A DNA stretch of 63,917 nt, counting the filler, from Sanchytrium tribonematis (lineage: Eukaryota), in NCBI GenBank assembly GCA_018985235.1. It is 11 parts of 11 records of this genome, joined end to end, with 100 filler letters (N's around TTAATTAATTAA, not from the genome) between each part and the next. Parts side by side here need not be neighbours in the genome. Positions count along the whole stretch, not along the records: positions 8,081 to 31,886 come from JADGIG010000076.1; positions 31,987 to 35,922 come from JADGIG010000778.1; positions 36,023 to 39,941 come from JADGIG010000780.1; 8 more parts are not named here. One strand, 5' to 3'. Every line of letters begins with the position of its first letter. Position 1 is the first letter of the stretch. The position numbers were made by a program, and so were the translations under genes. This document shows, piece by piece, positions 25,749 through 37,579 of the stretch. The notes beneath the pieces are model-generated. The model had not been told where the DNA came from. It saw only the letters and a list, made by a program, of their open reading frames with translations, and did not search any database.

Positions 25749-25911
25749 ATCGTAGGACATTTTGTCCGACAAACTCCCGAGTAACTTTTTATTATCCTAA
25801 TATTACACAAATGTTTGACTAAAAAACCATTAAAACTACACAAAGAATAATTGAATTTGTCGGACATTTTGTCCTACGATTTTTGTGTAACTGGTGACTT
25901 TGTCCGACAAA
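25749..25911. repeat. Inverted repeat (25749-25773 / 25856-25880) plus a third partial copy at 25899-25911
   Basis: ATCGTAGGACATTTTGTCCGACAAA and TTTGTCGGACATTTTGTCCTACGAT are 22/25 reverse-complementary; TTTGTCCGACAAA is repeated. Confidence 0.8.
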
Positions 25912-26409
25912 AGACAGACACTTAAGATAACATAAATAGAAGCAGATCCCCAGCAGAGAACGAAAACAAATTATGAATAAACACGTTATTGAATCTGGGT
26001 GATGATGATAACAGGTGCATGCTGAAACATTGCAAGAGTTATCGAAATAGTTTGAATTTTTACTATTTTGAATTCATACTAATTGAATGTAGTTTTTGGC
26101 CATTAAAAGATTTGTCCCTTCATAGTAGGGATTTTCTCGTTGTTTTTTCTAAAACCTGTTTTGGAATTTTTGATTTAAAGTTGTTTGAAGCTTCTGAATC
26201 CAAATTGATAGCTAGTTCATAAGCTTCACAAAAATTTTGAACATCGCCCTTGATATGTTTATAATCCAATACAGATAACCAAATTTTTTAAGTCGCCAGT
26301 GTCAAATTGCATTTGTGAAAAAATTTCAATACGTTAAAATTTATAATTTAATATATTGTTTGAATCAAATAGACATTCTTTCTTGCTAATGCCGTGGTTT
26401 ATGCTACAA

Positions 26410-26580
26410 GATGATTTTGACTATTGTTGACAATTATAGTGCGCATTCTTATGACACCTTCATTTAAATCTAGTTTAAACCGTATTAAAAGTGCATTTCT
26501 TCCACCCAATTTAACATCGCAAAATACAAATCCTTGATGCCGGATTATTTTACTCTTTGAAGTGTAGATATATTAAAATG
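26410..26580 (+). mobile_element. pogo/Tigger-type DDE transposase fragment
   Basis: Manual translation across frameshifts gives ILTIVDNYSAH...FLPPNLTS...LDAGLFYSLK, matching the DDE_1 pattern DN.SAH...FLPPN.T...QPLD.G. Confidence 0.7.
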
Positions 26581-27789
26581 TATATCAATAGTTAAATGAA
26601 AGCATTAGATATATTAACAAGAGAGGTCAACTTTATTCAAACAAATTTTAGATCAGCCATATGAAATCAATTATAATATTCCAAAATCGTTAGATGAAGA
26701 GTCGAACTACCCGTACACACTCACCAACAGCTTGAGAATAATGTAATGGAGCTTTCGCGGGTACAAAAGAATATTCAATCAATAAGAATCAAACAATTTA
26801 CTTGATTTACAACCTTGCATTCTAATTTTACAAGAATCTAAAAACAATAAATACTTGCCTCATATAAATAACTACACTAAATGGGATCTCGCAAATTCAA
26901 ATTTACATCATAAACAACACTTGTTCATCCATAATTCTGTCACAAATGTTAAAAGAATAAAATTTATTGAAAACTGTTTACTTTCAAAATAAATGGATTA
27001 AATATTTCTTTAACATATATAACATTTCAGTATATTAAAACTAGAAATATAGAAATTCATAAAGTCAGTACTCAATGAAGCGATCTTACACATTGCCTTT
27101 ATTTGTGGCGGAGGTAAACTCAAAATCAGACCTTTTTAGCAATTAAAATATTATCTATTTGATATATCTTATAGTTATCATTTACACACAAGTACAATGG
27201 TAAATTGAAATAAAATCTTAAACCAATTCTGGTCTCATTCCAGTCTTCAACATGCAGTCAGATCTTTAACTACTATACAGAGACCGGACAAATATCTCTG
27301 ACAACTGGCCCTTCATCATTAAATTTGAAACTGATAAAATGATGCTCTCATCAGAAAAGATTATTCAAATTCAGGAAACAATACCAGTCAATGCTGCAGT
27401 ATTTACTTAAAAAATACAGTGGAAATCTTTCAGAAAATGAAATTGACAATTTTTTAACCAATTGCGTACTAACAGCGGGTAAAATAACACTCGGTATTAG
27501 TAATATAAAAACAATGAATAAATACATGAAAAGGAAGCAGCAAACCCCCGAGTCAAATCCAAGAAACGAAGAAGCAGTGTCGGAAGAAATTTAATTCTGA
27601 AAAAGAGAAAAGGTCTATCAGAACGAAATAGAAGTATTTTTTGGACGCGTTATTTCAGATTTTTTTGGAAAATTTGAATTTTAAAAGTTCCCAGGATTTT
27701 TTATTACTGGAATCTTCTCTTTCTAAAATATTCCGCAGCAGTTCCCCAGCTAATTTGGTTGATTTTTCTACTTCTTGTATTTGTTTTAG

Positions 27790-28840
27790 TTCTTAACAGA
27801 TAGTTGAGCTTTTCGGAGTTCAACATCAACGTCATAACAGCATTGACATTTTGAATGGTAGCATCATCCACTCACATACCCGTTGCTCTTGTTTGAGCTT
27901 TTAAAAATTTCATAATAACTTGAAAACCACAAAATCGCTTTCTTGTATCCGAATTCGGAATATGCTGTGGTAAAATCAAACGGTACGGAGGAATGTGATG
28001 TTGAGAATCTCCAATGCATCATAACTGAAAACCAGTGCTTATATTTACAGAGGGAATCTTGAAATTTGCTGGCAATTCACTTCCCATAAAACTCTACATA
28101 TTGTTTTCCTCAGCTGGTTGTTCAATTGGGGCACTATTATTGCCAATATTTATTTGTAGAATGGCGTCGATTACACCATTTTGATTTAAAATTTCCAACA
28201 CAGACTGTTTCAATAAATCAGTCAAACCATACCTAGTAACTGTTCCTGTATCAATTGCGCGCTCTTCAAGTTCATTTTTATCATCTGAAAAAAAGGTAAC
28301 AAAATGAAGATATTTGTGTCCAACATGCATATCGACAGCTAATTCATATCTTGAATATGTATCTTGCACTCCAGGTAGTGACCAGAGTGCTTTTAATTGA
28401 ATTGCAGTCGAAGAAGAACAAGCTATAGATCCACTAGACACATAAGTGGCAGCACCCTTGCGAACCGTGTGTGTCCCAATATCTACTGCCTGTAAACCAC
28501 GCTCTAAATTTCATCAATTATTTCGAAAATCTATGGTATTGTGAATTACTAGGAAACAGCTTATTTTGATTTGGTACAGATGGTAATACCAATAAATACA
28601 CTCCTAGTGCTAGTACAGGGCATATTTCTGGTGAAACAGGATTGGCATAAATGTGAAGAGGATCTCTTTTGCGATTTCCTGTTTGGTCGTTTTCATAGGA
28701 GCAAAGCAAATACAAAGAGAATCATTTCACCACTCCAGATGCTCAAGACAAATACTAACATTCCCTGCACTACACATGAGATTCTAACAAATTAAAATAG
28801 AGCATCTTCCAAACATATTTTCTTCTTCTTTACTTTTTAA
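27790..28840 (-). mobile_element. Degenerate Crypton-type tyrosine-recombinase element
   Basis: NLMCSAGN, HIYANPVSPEICPVLAL, GTHTVRKGAATY and WSLPGVQDTY motifs; frameshifts and an internal deletion. Confidence 0.82.
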
Positions 28841-29249
28841 TAATGAATAAACTAATCACTTTTCAGTTAGCAAGTAAGGAGATTAAACACAAACTAGAAT
28901 ATGCATGGAAAATAAATTAAAAAATTGTATATATCAATTGCAATCTGATCCCATAACTACATCAAATTACATAGAAATACTAAAATACAACATTCCTTTT
29001 TCTATAACGTCTGATGGATATACTCCGTTAAATACCGACACAATTGATGAACTCTAATTGATAATAAATGAAAAAGATCAAATTAATGTGGGATAGAAAC
29101 AAGGCCAACAGGGGCTCTAAATTAAAAATTAATTCAAACTTATTGATTAGACATATTTCCATAGTAGACTGAAATTGGAAATTTTTTTATGGATGACATT
29201 CCATATCTAATAATTTTTTTTCAACTTGTTTTGTTCATTTCTTTTTTGT

Positions 29250-31400
29250 TTTCTAAATTTTTAATTTTAACTCTGAGACTTTATTTTCTTGTTTGTAGTC
29301 ATTCATTTGTTTATTGATGTTCTCAATACCACTTTTGTCAGCATCATACCCTAGCAAAGCAGTCATTGTCTTGGTTGACTCCTCGGAGGCATCATATTCT
29401 ACCTTGTGGCCTTCGCCATAAATGAGCATGATCTCATCTTCCATGACGCTCAGGTCCAACATAGCTTGGATCTCGTTTTTGGCTGTTTCTAGGGTTTTCA
29501 GCTGATTTGCTTCCGATTTCGCCTTGTTTAATTAGCCATTCTACATGACTTGAACAGAATTTAGTGAAGTGACTAATCTGTCATTTCCAGCCTTCTTTCT
29601 GGCGGAATTGGGCACGTCTACAAATTCTACTTGTTGTAGTGCCATTTTCCTATGCATGAAACTATCTAAAAGTGTCTAAAGTTGTGCCTATGATGCACAC
29701 GACTGTGAGTACTCGAAATTTAAGTTTTCAATGTATTTCTTCAACTTTGTTCACAGTGTCGTCTTTACTTGCTCTTCCTTTTAACCTATTCTTTGTGTCT
29801 GTTGTATTCCTTTTGTGTCTCCACTATTTGGATCACAACTTTCTGCTTTTCAACACTTTCAACACCAGTCAAATTTATGTCCATTTGGCACATCCCCTCG
29901 TGATACAAATCGATATTTAATTTGTTGAATACAGTATTGTCTGTTGGTCTGACTTCAATACGCATATTCTTCAAGGTATTTTTCAAATTCTCATCATCTA
30001 AAGAGTTGATCATTTTAACGTGTTTTTCTTCTATTTTCAACACGCGAAAAGGACCTTCAAATTGTCAATTCATTTTAGGATGAATGCCTTCAATTCTGTA
30101 TAATCCCAAATTACCAACCAGCATCTTAAACTATTATATGTTTGATTGATTTCTCAACAATACTCATAATCATGCTCTGAAAGACTGCTAGTAATCCAAA
30201 TAGGCCTAGTGCCCGTTTAAACACGCCTGCAAATCTCAAAGATCTTAATCTTATCCTTGCTTCTGCTAAATTTCTATTAATATGCTCAACAACGCGGAAA
30301 CCACTTTGAGTGATATGAGTCATCATGATCATCAACAGGTCTAGACTTATCCAAATTAAGTGTTAATTCTAAAGGAGCAACTAGTCCAATCAATTCATCA
30401 ATATTATGGTCTTCATTTGAAATATAATTATGTTCTAATAAATCATCCACAAATTGTTCCAATAAAATGGGTTGATGTTCGTCTATTGGTTGTTTTCATA
30501 TCCAGCAACTTTGCAAAGTACAATGCCGATAATACAGATCCCTGATAAAGACCAGTTTGCAAACTACGAGGGGTAGAATAACCAGGACCGATTCTGACAA
30601 CCATCATTTGATTGATCGTCATATTTATCATTAATCTTCTATTGTACTTATTGGGGATGAGTAGTTGCAGCATTTCACAGGTTGCATTATGACTGTTGCG
30701 ATCAAATGCTCTGGCAAAATTATATTTTCGCATTCCTTTGCAATTTTTCTCCTCTTCTGGCACTGTTTCTAAATAGATTTGCAAATCAGTTGCTAAATCA
30801 TCGCACCCCATTCTCTTTTTCTTTAACCTATCTATATAGTTTGAAAGCATTTCAATTTCATCCGACATAATTGAGCTTATTACAGCATACATATGGCTAT
30901 CAAACATTCCCTTCAAATATCTAGCTACCGGATTTCCTCTTTTTTGGCTGTCAACTGATAATTTAGTACTTTCAACTAATCTTTTATAAGTTGTGGGATG
31001 TTCTGTTTCAAGCTCAGAACACATCCATTCAATATTTTGATCGCGTAGATCGGCAAAAATGTTATCATTTACCTCAACTTTTTGATTCTTGACTCTATCA
31101 CGTAACTGTTTAACAAAAGATTTAGGATAGGTCATATCTCGCTTGCATTTAGATTGCAATTCTCTTATCACTGATGCATTTGAAATCAAAAACAATTCCT
31201 CTTCATATAATCGTTCTTCAACAAGATTGACAACATCAGTTTGATGTTGATTCTCATATACCAAGCTCTTTGGTGCTTCAGGCTGTTCTACAAATTTTAT
31301 TTTCAATTTTTTCATCATTAGTATAATTTTGCCATGCATCTTTTGTTATTGGTGGAATCTTTTTAAATTCTACCGCGCTTGTGTTTACAAGTTCTTCAGT
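29250..31400 (-). mobile_element. Degenerate non-LTR retrotransposon remnant (deleted RT, thumb region and C-terminal region)
   Basis: NFARAFD...TGLYQGSVLSALYF RT motifs in ORF 30443-31339; the downstream fragments fit the post-RT region. Confidence 0.7.
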
Positions 31401-31988
31401 TAAGTCATAAAATTTCTATTGTTTCTTTTCGTAAACTATATCATCAAACTCCTCAACCAAACTTTCTACTACAGATAAATCGACTGCGGTTTCCAGTTTT
31501 TTTGCCGTAGTTTTGCATCACGATTTTCTCTTGCGAATCCAAAATTGGTTCAATCCAAAAATCGTCACCTTCTGCTGAGAATTCTATGTTTATTTGACTA
31601 GAAAGAGACAACATGTCCATGTTTCACCCGTACTATTACATTTTTTTCATTCTACTTGTATTCGGCAATTTGTTTTAAAATTCTACGTTTCTGTAGATTT
31701 TTCCGGGGGTTTTTAACAATTTAACGCCGATATTAACTTTATGATTAACCCGCAGACAAGATGCGGCAACCCTCACTATACCAATTACAAGTCTATCTTA
31801 TTTTATCGAGTACCGAGTACCGAGTTTTTCAATGATGCAAGATGGCATCAAAAGGCATAATAAATTATCACATGGTTGCGAGATTGNNNNNNNNNNNNNN
31901 NNNNNNNNNNNNNNNNNNNNNNNNNNNNNNTTAATTAATTAANNNNNNNNNNNNNNNNNNNNNNNNNNNNNNNNNNNNNNNNNNNNTT

Positions 31989-32540
31989 TTAGATATCTAA
32001 CATCTCTTTTACCTCTTTGGATGATCTACCAGTAAATGACTTGAACAATTCCACCTTATTCTTTTGCTTTTCAATTTCTAATTCCTTTTCTGACTTGATT
32101 CCTGGACTCAAAGAGTTTAAAATAGCTGTTTCTACAACATCCAATTTCTTCTTAGGTTTAGGAGCAAAGTCCGCTGCAGAAGATTTAGGTGTTGATACAG
32201 AATCTACTGCGTTAATTGTTACTAAAGGAAAATCACTGGGGATTAATTCTTCTAAAATTGCCATTACGGGCATTGTTCTACGGGTCTCACCAGTTGTTGC
32301 ATTCTGTTTTTTAACTTTACCAAAGTCAGTTAATAAATTCTTCCATTTTACTTTTAATTGCTTGCCCACCCAGTCCCAATTGGCATCTGCCTCTACTAAT
32401 AGATCATAAATTTTATCACAATTCTCTTCAGTAGATCTCCACATAGGATCTGTTACATCTACGGTGTTATCTACAGAGAAATCACACATAACAGTGCAAA
32501 ATGTTACAATTTCTGCTTCAGTAAATTTGTTGTTCCCCAT
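31989..32540 (-). CDS. Myb/SANT-like (trihelix) DNA-binding protein, probably transposon-associated (PIF/Harbinger type)
   Basis: FTEAE...W...QLKVKWKNLLTDF...TG pattern; lies in a TE-only contig. Confidence 0.65.
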   Translation of the reverse strand: MGNNKFTEAEIVTFCTVMCDFSVDNTVDVTDPMWRSTEENCDKIYDLLVEADANWDWVGKQLKVKWKNLLTDFGKVKKQNATTGETRRTMPVMAILEELIPSDFPLVTINAVDSVSTPKSSAADFAPKPKKKLDVVETAILNSLSPGIKSEKELEIEKQKNKVELFKSFTGRSSKEVKEMLDI

Positions 32541-32699
32541 GTTGTTTTAGTGCAATCGAGATTGAGATAGAAAATTTATTAAGTGCAATCTCCGGATCAG
32601 ACCCTTTGTTTCCGATCTAATCTTAGTTTGAAACTCGTACAGCTTGTATCAATCCGTCATGTTTCGAGCCCAAACAAGGGGATATTCGATCTGGATTGG

Positions 32700-33280
32700 G
32701 ATGCGTACAGGCCCAATGCTCTACAATCCATTTTCTCAAATTACCAATAGGTGATTTTTTTAATACTTTTGACAATTCAGAATTTTCCTTTAAATTGTTA
32801 ACTTGTTTAGTATAAAAGTTTCTAATAGACTTTCTGATATAACACTTTAAAGACCTAATAATAGCCACATCTGCTACTTGGCAATATTTAGTTGCACCTT
32901 TTGATACATATAAGCATTTGATTTTCTTATTTGCTAAATATTCACTCATAATATTTTCCGTTCTAGAAGCTCCATGTGCTTAACAATGATCCCAAATAAG
33001 CAATGTATTTCCAAATTAAAATGCAAATCAGATATTTGATTAATAATGATTGAGTAACCCAACTTTTTTTAGTATATCCCATAATACAATCTTCTTTGAT
33101 CTCAATAGTGTCTAATTTAGCTGCTCTTGTTGTTACATTTACTATAAAAGGTTTAATTTTGAATCCATTTTCCTATTTGCAATCATAAATGTAATATTTG
33201 TTTTTTCATTGAAACCACTAAAGATAGGGACTTTATTTGCACCTTTTATGGCAACAGTTTTTGGTTTCCCAACATCCATT
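32700..33280 (-). mobile_element. pogo/Tc1-mariner-like DDE transposase fragment
   Basis: KTVAIKGANKV...EK.NITFM and LLIWDH..AH...YVSKGATKYCQVADVAIIRSLK (DDE_1-like); disrupted. Confidence 0.7.
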
Positions 33281-34830
33281 CAAATAGCAGTTTTATCCAT
33301 AAATAAAATCTTGTCTTCCGTATAATTTGCAATTCTCAATAAATTCATTAGTAATTGAGTGTGTGGCGGGATCCCTGTTGCTTGGATTCTGTCATTTCCA
33401 GTACTTGATCTACAATGTATTAAGGAAAATAATTGGTTTAAAACTAAAGACGTGACGAAAAACGGATGTTCTAAATAAAGAATGTGATGCTGGCAACGTT
33501 TCAAGTAAAAAATCCTTGTGATAAACTACAGATGCAAGTGCAAATTCACAAATTTGTGCCATATTGGCTGGCATATTTGGAAAACATTCCCGTAAGGTGC
33601 GACTTAATAAATCATTTCTTTCTGTGAAAAATGGCGGCAGGGAAGTGCATTCAGCTTGTTGTAAAGGTACTCCACTCACTGTACGACCAACATATTGGTT
33701 TCCAGCGGCTTCAAATCTCATATAACGATCAGTGATACCACCCATATTCCATCCGGCACGCAAATGAACTGATACAGAAAGGATGTTGAACCACTAGATA
33801 CAAATGACGCGGATCCTTTGCGTATCGAATGTGTGCCAAAATTCATCTACAACTAATCCATTCAATAAACGCGACAAAATTTTGCTAAATCGATCATATT
33901 GTGAGCCACCAGGAAAAAGTTTCAAGTTATTAGAATCAAAATTAAAACACAATAAATACATTCCCAAAGAAAAAATGGGGCAAATCTCTGGCATAAGCGG
34001 ATTAGCATAAATATGCCGTGCATCTCTTGGTTTTTCACCGCATTGGTCATTTTTCATGTGCGCAAAAAATATACCAAGAGAATCTTCATGCCATTCCATG
34101 TGGCTGTAACAAACGATACTGTATTACCGGCTCTACACATCAAGTTCCAAGTAATTAATAAAAAACAATGTGCAAAGATATTTTCACGATTATCTATTTG
34201 TAAAAATGATTTTGCAATAAATCTATAAAGTAAAAAATCTAGTGCATCTTTTCCAATTTTAATTGGAGCATTTCCCTGTGTTGTGATTTGAGCAGTTTGA
34301 CGTTTTAGCCCACGGTAATGAGTTTTGAGCTCCGTTTCTAGTGTGCTGGACATAGTCATATTGTAAATGCGATACAAATTAAATAAACTTGATCAACTTT
34401 GCTTATATGTGGACCCACTAGGACGTGTGCCGTTGGATTTACGCAGTGTAACCAGCCATTTAAAAAAGTGTCTGGCTTCAAGCAATTGGAAATGAAGAGG
34501 AGGCGAAGGATTATTTCTAGTCCAATTATTTAAAAATTGTAACTGTCTTTTGGATAAATTTTTTTGCAAATTTTCCAAATCTCTTTCTAATGCTGGTTTA
34601 TCTTCATCATTTGCAGTATCTAATTCCATTTGAAGACTCGAAATTGAATTTATATCAGGATTAAAGATGGCAAATTCGTCAAATAAATCCGATGTTATTA
34701 AATCTGGCAAATTGGAAATTGTCCATTGGATGTATTTCGCGGAATATCGAATATTAGAGTCAAAGGTTGATTTACTAATGGCATTTGCACGAATGGCAGC
34801 AACTTCTCTGTCCAAATCGTCAATCTCCAT
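33280..34830 (-). mobile_element. Crypton-type tyrosine-recombinase DNA transposon (pseudogenised)
   Basis: LMCRAGN (R), KNDQ, CPIFSLG, GTHSIRKG (HxxR), RAGW and DRY (catalytic Y); one in-frame TGA and several frameshifts. Confidence 0.88.
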
Positions 34831-35184
34831 GTTTGGAGACGACTCCCGACAAAACTCCTACGAATTCCGTCTACCAATAAACAAGTGGCCAAATTTGGAT
34901 AGAAGCTGAAATTTGCACGGATGTCACCAAATTTGGACAGTAGATTTCCTCAAAGGGTTAAAATAATTGAAGAAGGAACAGTTTAATTGGGGATTGATAG
35001 AGACCATTTTGGGGAGAAACAGATTGTTGGGAATATATTTAGCAATTATGAAGATTATCAAGCATTTAAAGAGAATTATCCCCAACTCAACACATTTAGA
35101 GCAGCAAGAGACTACTTTAGAAAACAGAAACGTAGAAATAAATAAAATTCATTTATATTTATTAATTGATGGTTGTATTTAATT

Positions 35185-35790
35185 TTAATTAGCGAGAATT
35201 GAAATCGCAATTAAACAACAGTCATATTTGTGTTCACTTTTAAGTACATCTCTATTCACTACACCATTTAATAAACCCATTCTGTTGTACAATTGCACTG
35301 ATGTTCGTAGCCCTGTCAAATTAAAGTGAGCATGCCAATATTGTGGGGAGACAGTCTCCAAGTCAAATTTGAGTTTTTTTGCAAATGTTTCAACTGTGGT
35401 TTGTAAGCAGCAATTATTTAACGCACTCATATTCATTCCCCTTTGAGAAGCACACATTTGCTGTTCAACTATGATAGTGTCAAATGAGAATTCTCGTTTT
35501 AAATAAAATAGCTTGTTTAGCAAACTGCCACAATATTCTGCAAATTTGCCATTTCGATTTCGACTGGGATTTGGAACCACTGTATCCCTAAATACAACAA
35601 AGTATGTATTATCAAATACTTCAATAAATCTACTACCTTGCAGAGTCATTGTCATATTTCTCTTCAGAATTTCCAACCCACAAATTTTAGTACCCGGATC
35701 AACAATCAATATAATATATCTATCAGTAGTAATTACAAAAAACACTAAATTTTCACTACAGTATTTCGCGATTATTTGCAATAAATACAA
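35185..35790 (-). CDS. RuvC-fold Holliday junction resolvase-like protein (viral A22/Ydc2-like); no ATG before the first catalytic motif
   Basis: IVDPG, IIVEQQ, VSPQYWHAHF and C-terminal YDCCLIA give the acidic-residue spacing of RuvC-like resolvases. Confidence 0.6.
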   Translation of the reverse strand: MYLLQIIAKYCSENLVFFVITTDRYIILIVDPGTKICGLEILKRNMTMTLQGSRFIEVFDNTYFVVFRDTVVPNPSRNRNGKFAEYCGSLLNKLFYLKREFSFDTIIVEQQMCASQRGMNMSALNNCCLQTTVETFAKKLKFDLETVSPQYWHAHFNLTGLRTSVQLYNRMGLLNGVVNRDVLKSEHKYDCCLIAISILAN

Positions 35791-36380
35791 AAATATTTAA
35801 AATATTTAATGCTAAAGGGGGCAAGTATTTAAATATCCATTCGAAATTTTGGGAATTATATGTATTCGTAAATGTATTAATTTTTGAAACTTGTATGAAA
35901 TGGAAAATCATTTCTCTTATTCNNNNNNNNNNNNNNNNNNNNNNNNNNNNNNNNNNNNNNNNNNNNTTAATTAATTAANNNNNNNNNNNNNNNNNNNNNN
36001 NNNNNNNNNNNNNNNNNNNNNNGGGTCGTATTAAGTTTCCTACCAGTCTGAATAATGTTCGATGACTCTTCATTATTGTTACTGTAATTCTTTTATTAGT
36101 GTTTAAATAAAGCTTTGCAAGCGCAATTTTAAGAAAGGCGACGGGCACATATATCGCATCTTACTATAGGGCACTATAAGCTGTATAAAAACCCAAAAAG
36201 GCAATTAATCTGGGAATCTGAAAATCTCTAAAGAAACTTCAAATTTGATATTATTTTTTTTGATTTTATTGAACACATCTGGTTACAAATATTATTTTAG
36301 TGTATTTGATTGGATTAACGCAAGTTTGTAACTCATTGCAAACAAATCAATGTATTTATTCCATTGTCAAGACTCAAATC

Positions 36381-36668
36381 ATGCCCGCAAGAAAATTGAA
36401 AAAAGTAATTTACAATTCTACAGAAACTCCGATCAATGATATTCCAACTATGCCAATAATTATAGGATCAATTTGCATATGTTTACTTGTTGGTACCTGC
36501 ATCTATTTTTATATTACAAAACTAATGCATCAAAGAAATAAAATGGTTGCTAGAAAAACCATTCACAATTCCCAAACATATACAGCAAATATAAGCAATT
36601 TAGAGCTAGGATCAGAGATACCAAGCATATATTGCTTCAGTAAAGAGCCAATGTCAATAAATATGTAA
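36381..36668 (+). CDS. Small single-pass membrane protein
   Basis: ATG at 36381; hydrophobic segment IIIGSICICLLVGTCIYFYI followed by basic residues. Confidence 0.45.
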   Translation: MPARKLKKVIYNSTETPINDIPTMPIIIGSICICLLVGTCIYFYITKLMHQRNKMVARKTIHNSQTYTANISNLELGSEIPSIYCFSKEPMSINM

Positions 36669-36682
36669 GTCAATAAAACGCT

Positions 36683-37387
36683 TTATTTAACTTCCTTCTT
36701 TTCACGCAATTGCTCTGCATCTTTTTGCACCTCTCCTGCCTTTTCTTTAGCGTAGTTAAAACCACCTTGAACGTATTGACCCGGAGCAGTGCTCAACGCT
36801 TGATTTGCAACATTAGTAGCTGCGGATGATGTTTTCTCGTACAAGTCATTAGCAGTCTTGGAAACTCCAAATCTCTCATCGACTGATTTGACTTGAGTCT
36901 GCACAGTTTCTAATAAATGATATCGGTTCTCTAGTTTCATGACTTCTTCTTTTGCCTGTTCTGCGTAGTGGCTCAAAGTTGCGGTTAAACCGATATTGGA
37001 GTCAAATGTCTTTGCACGATTGATGATGGTGTCACTGAGACCGTATCCGGCTGCTAATAATTGGGCAACAGTATGTAAAGCAGGTTTAACAACTTGTTCC
37101 ACTCCTCCTTTAGCTTGCGAAGAGGACTGCTCAAAGTAACTTGTTACTTGTACCTGAGAGTCCACAATGACTGCATTGGTCAATAATTTGGCCGTGTTAG
37201 CAGCACTGTCTTTGTCAAACACAATTAAAGCAGAGAACGTGTCATCGCTTTCAATCATTTCAAAGTGTTGGATAGATCCACAGAATGAAAAGAAATCTTT
37301 AACGATGTCCTCATTTGCCTGTTTAGAGATGTTTTTGACTAAGACAGCTGCATTTGAATGTTCGATTTCGGAGAATACTTTTGCCAT
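36683..37387 (-). CDS. Vip1-like RRM protein
   Basis: VLVKNIS...VKDFFSFCG.I...ALIVF...AA.TA.LL.NA.I and the downstream LAAGY motif; likely ATG at 37387. Confidence 0.85.
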   Translation of the reverse strand: MAKVFSEIEHSNAAVLVKNISKQANEDIVKDFFSFCGSIQHFEMIESDDTFSALIVFDKDSAANTAKLLTNAVIVDSQVQVTSYFEQSSSQAKGGVEQVVKPALHTVAQLLAAGYGLSDTIINRAKTFDSNIGLTATLSHYAEQAKEEVMKLENRYHLLETVQTQVKSVDERFGVSKTANDLYEKTSSAATNVANQALSTAPGQYVQGGFNYAKEKAGEVQKDAEQLREKKEVK

Positions 37388-37579
37388 TTGTTTGAAAAGG
37401 AGATGGGGCAAAATGTGCGTGATTTTGAAATTTGTACGACTCATTTCACTGGTGTCTAATGTTGTCATCATTTCAGGGAGTAGATGCCGTCTGCATTTAT
37501 CAAACAACATGATATGGAAATGAGCAAATATGTCGCAATTCATTTCTAATATGACGAGTACGTAAAACTTTTTCAATCA

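Noticed and set aside
8081..34830. RIP-like hypermutation of the transposons
   Set aside because: Some stops fit C-to-T changes, but indels are common and the dinucleotide indices needed cannot be computed here.
35185..35790. Fanzor/TnpB RNA-guided nuclease
   Set aside because: Too short, with no zinc finger, no split RuvC layout, and no evident omega-RNA or transposon end.
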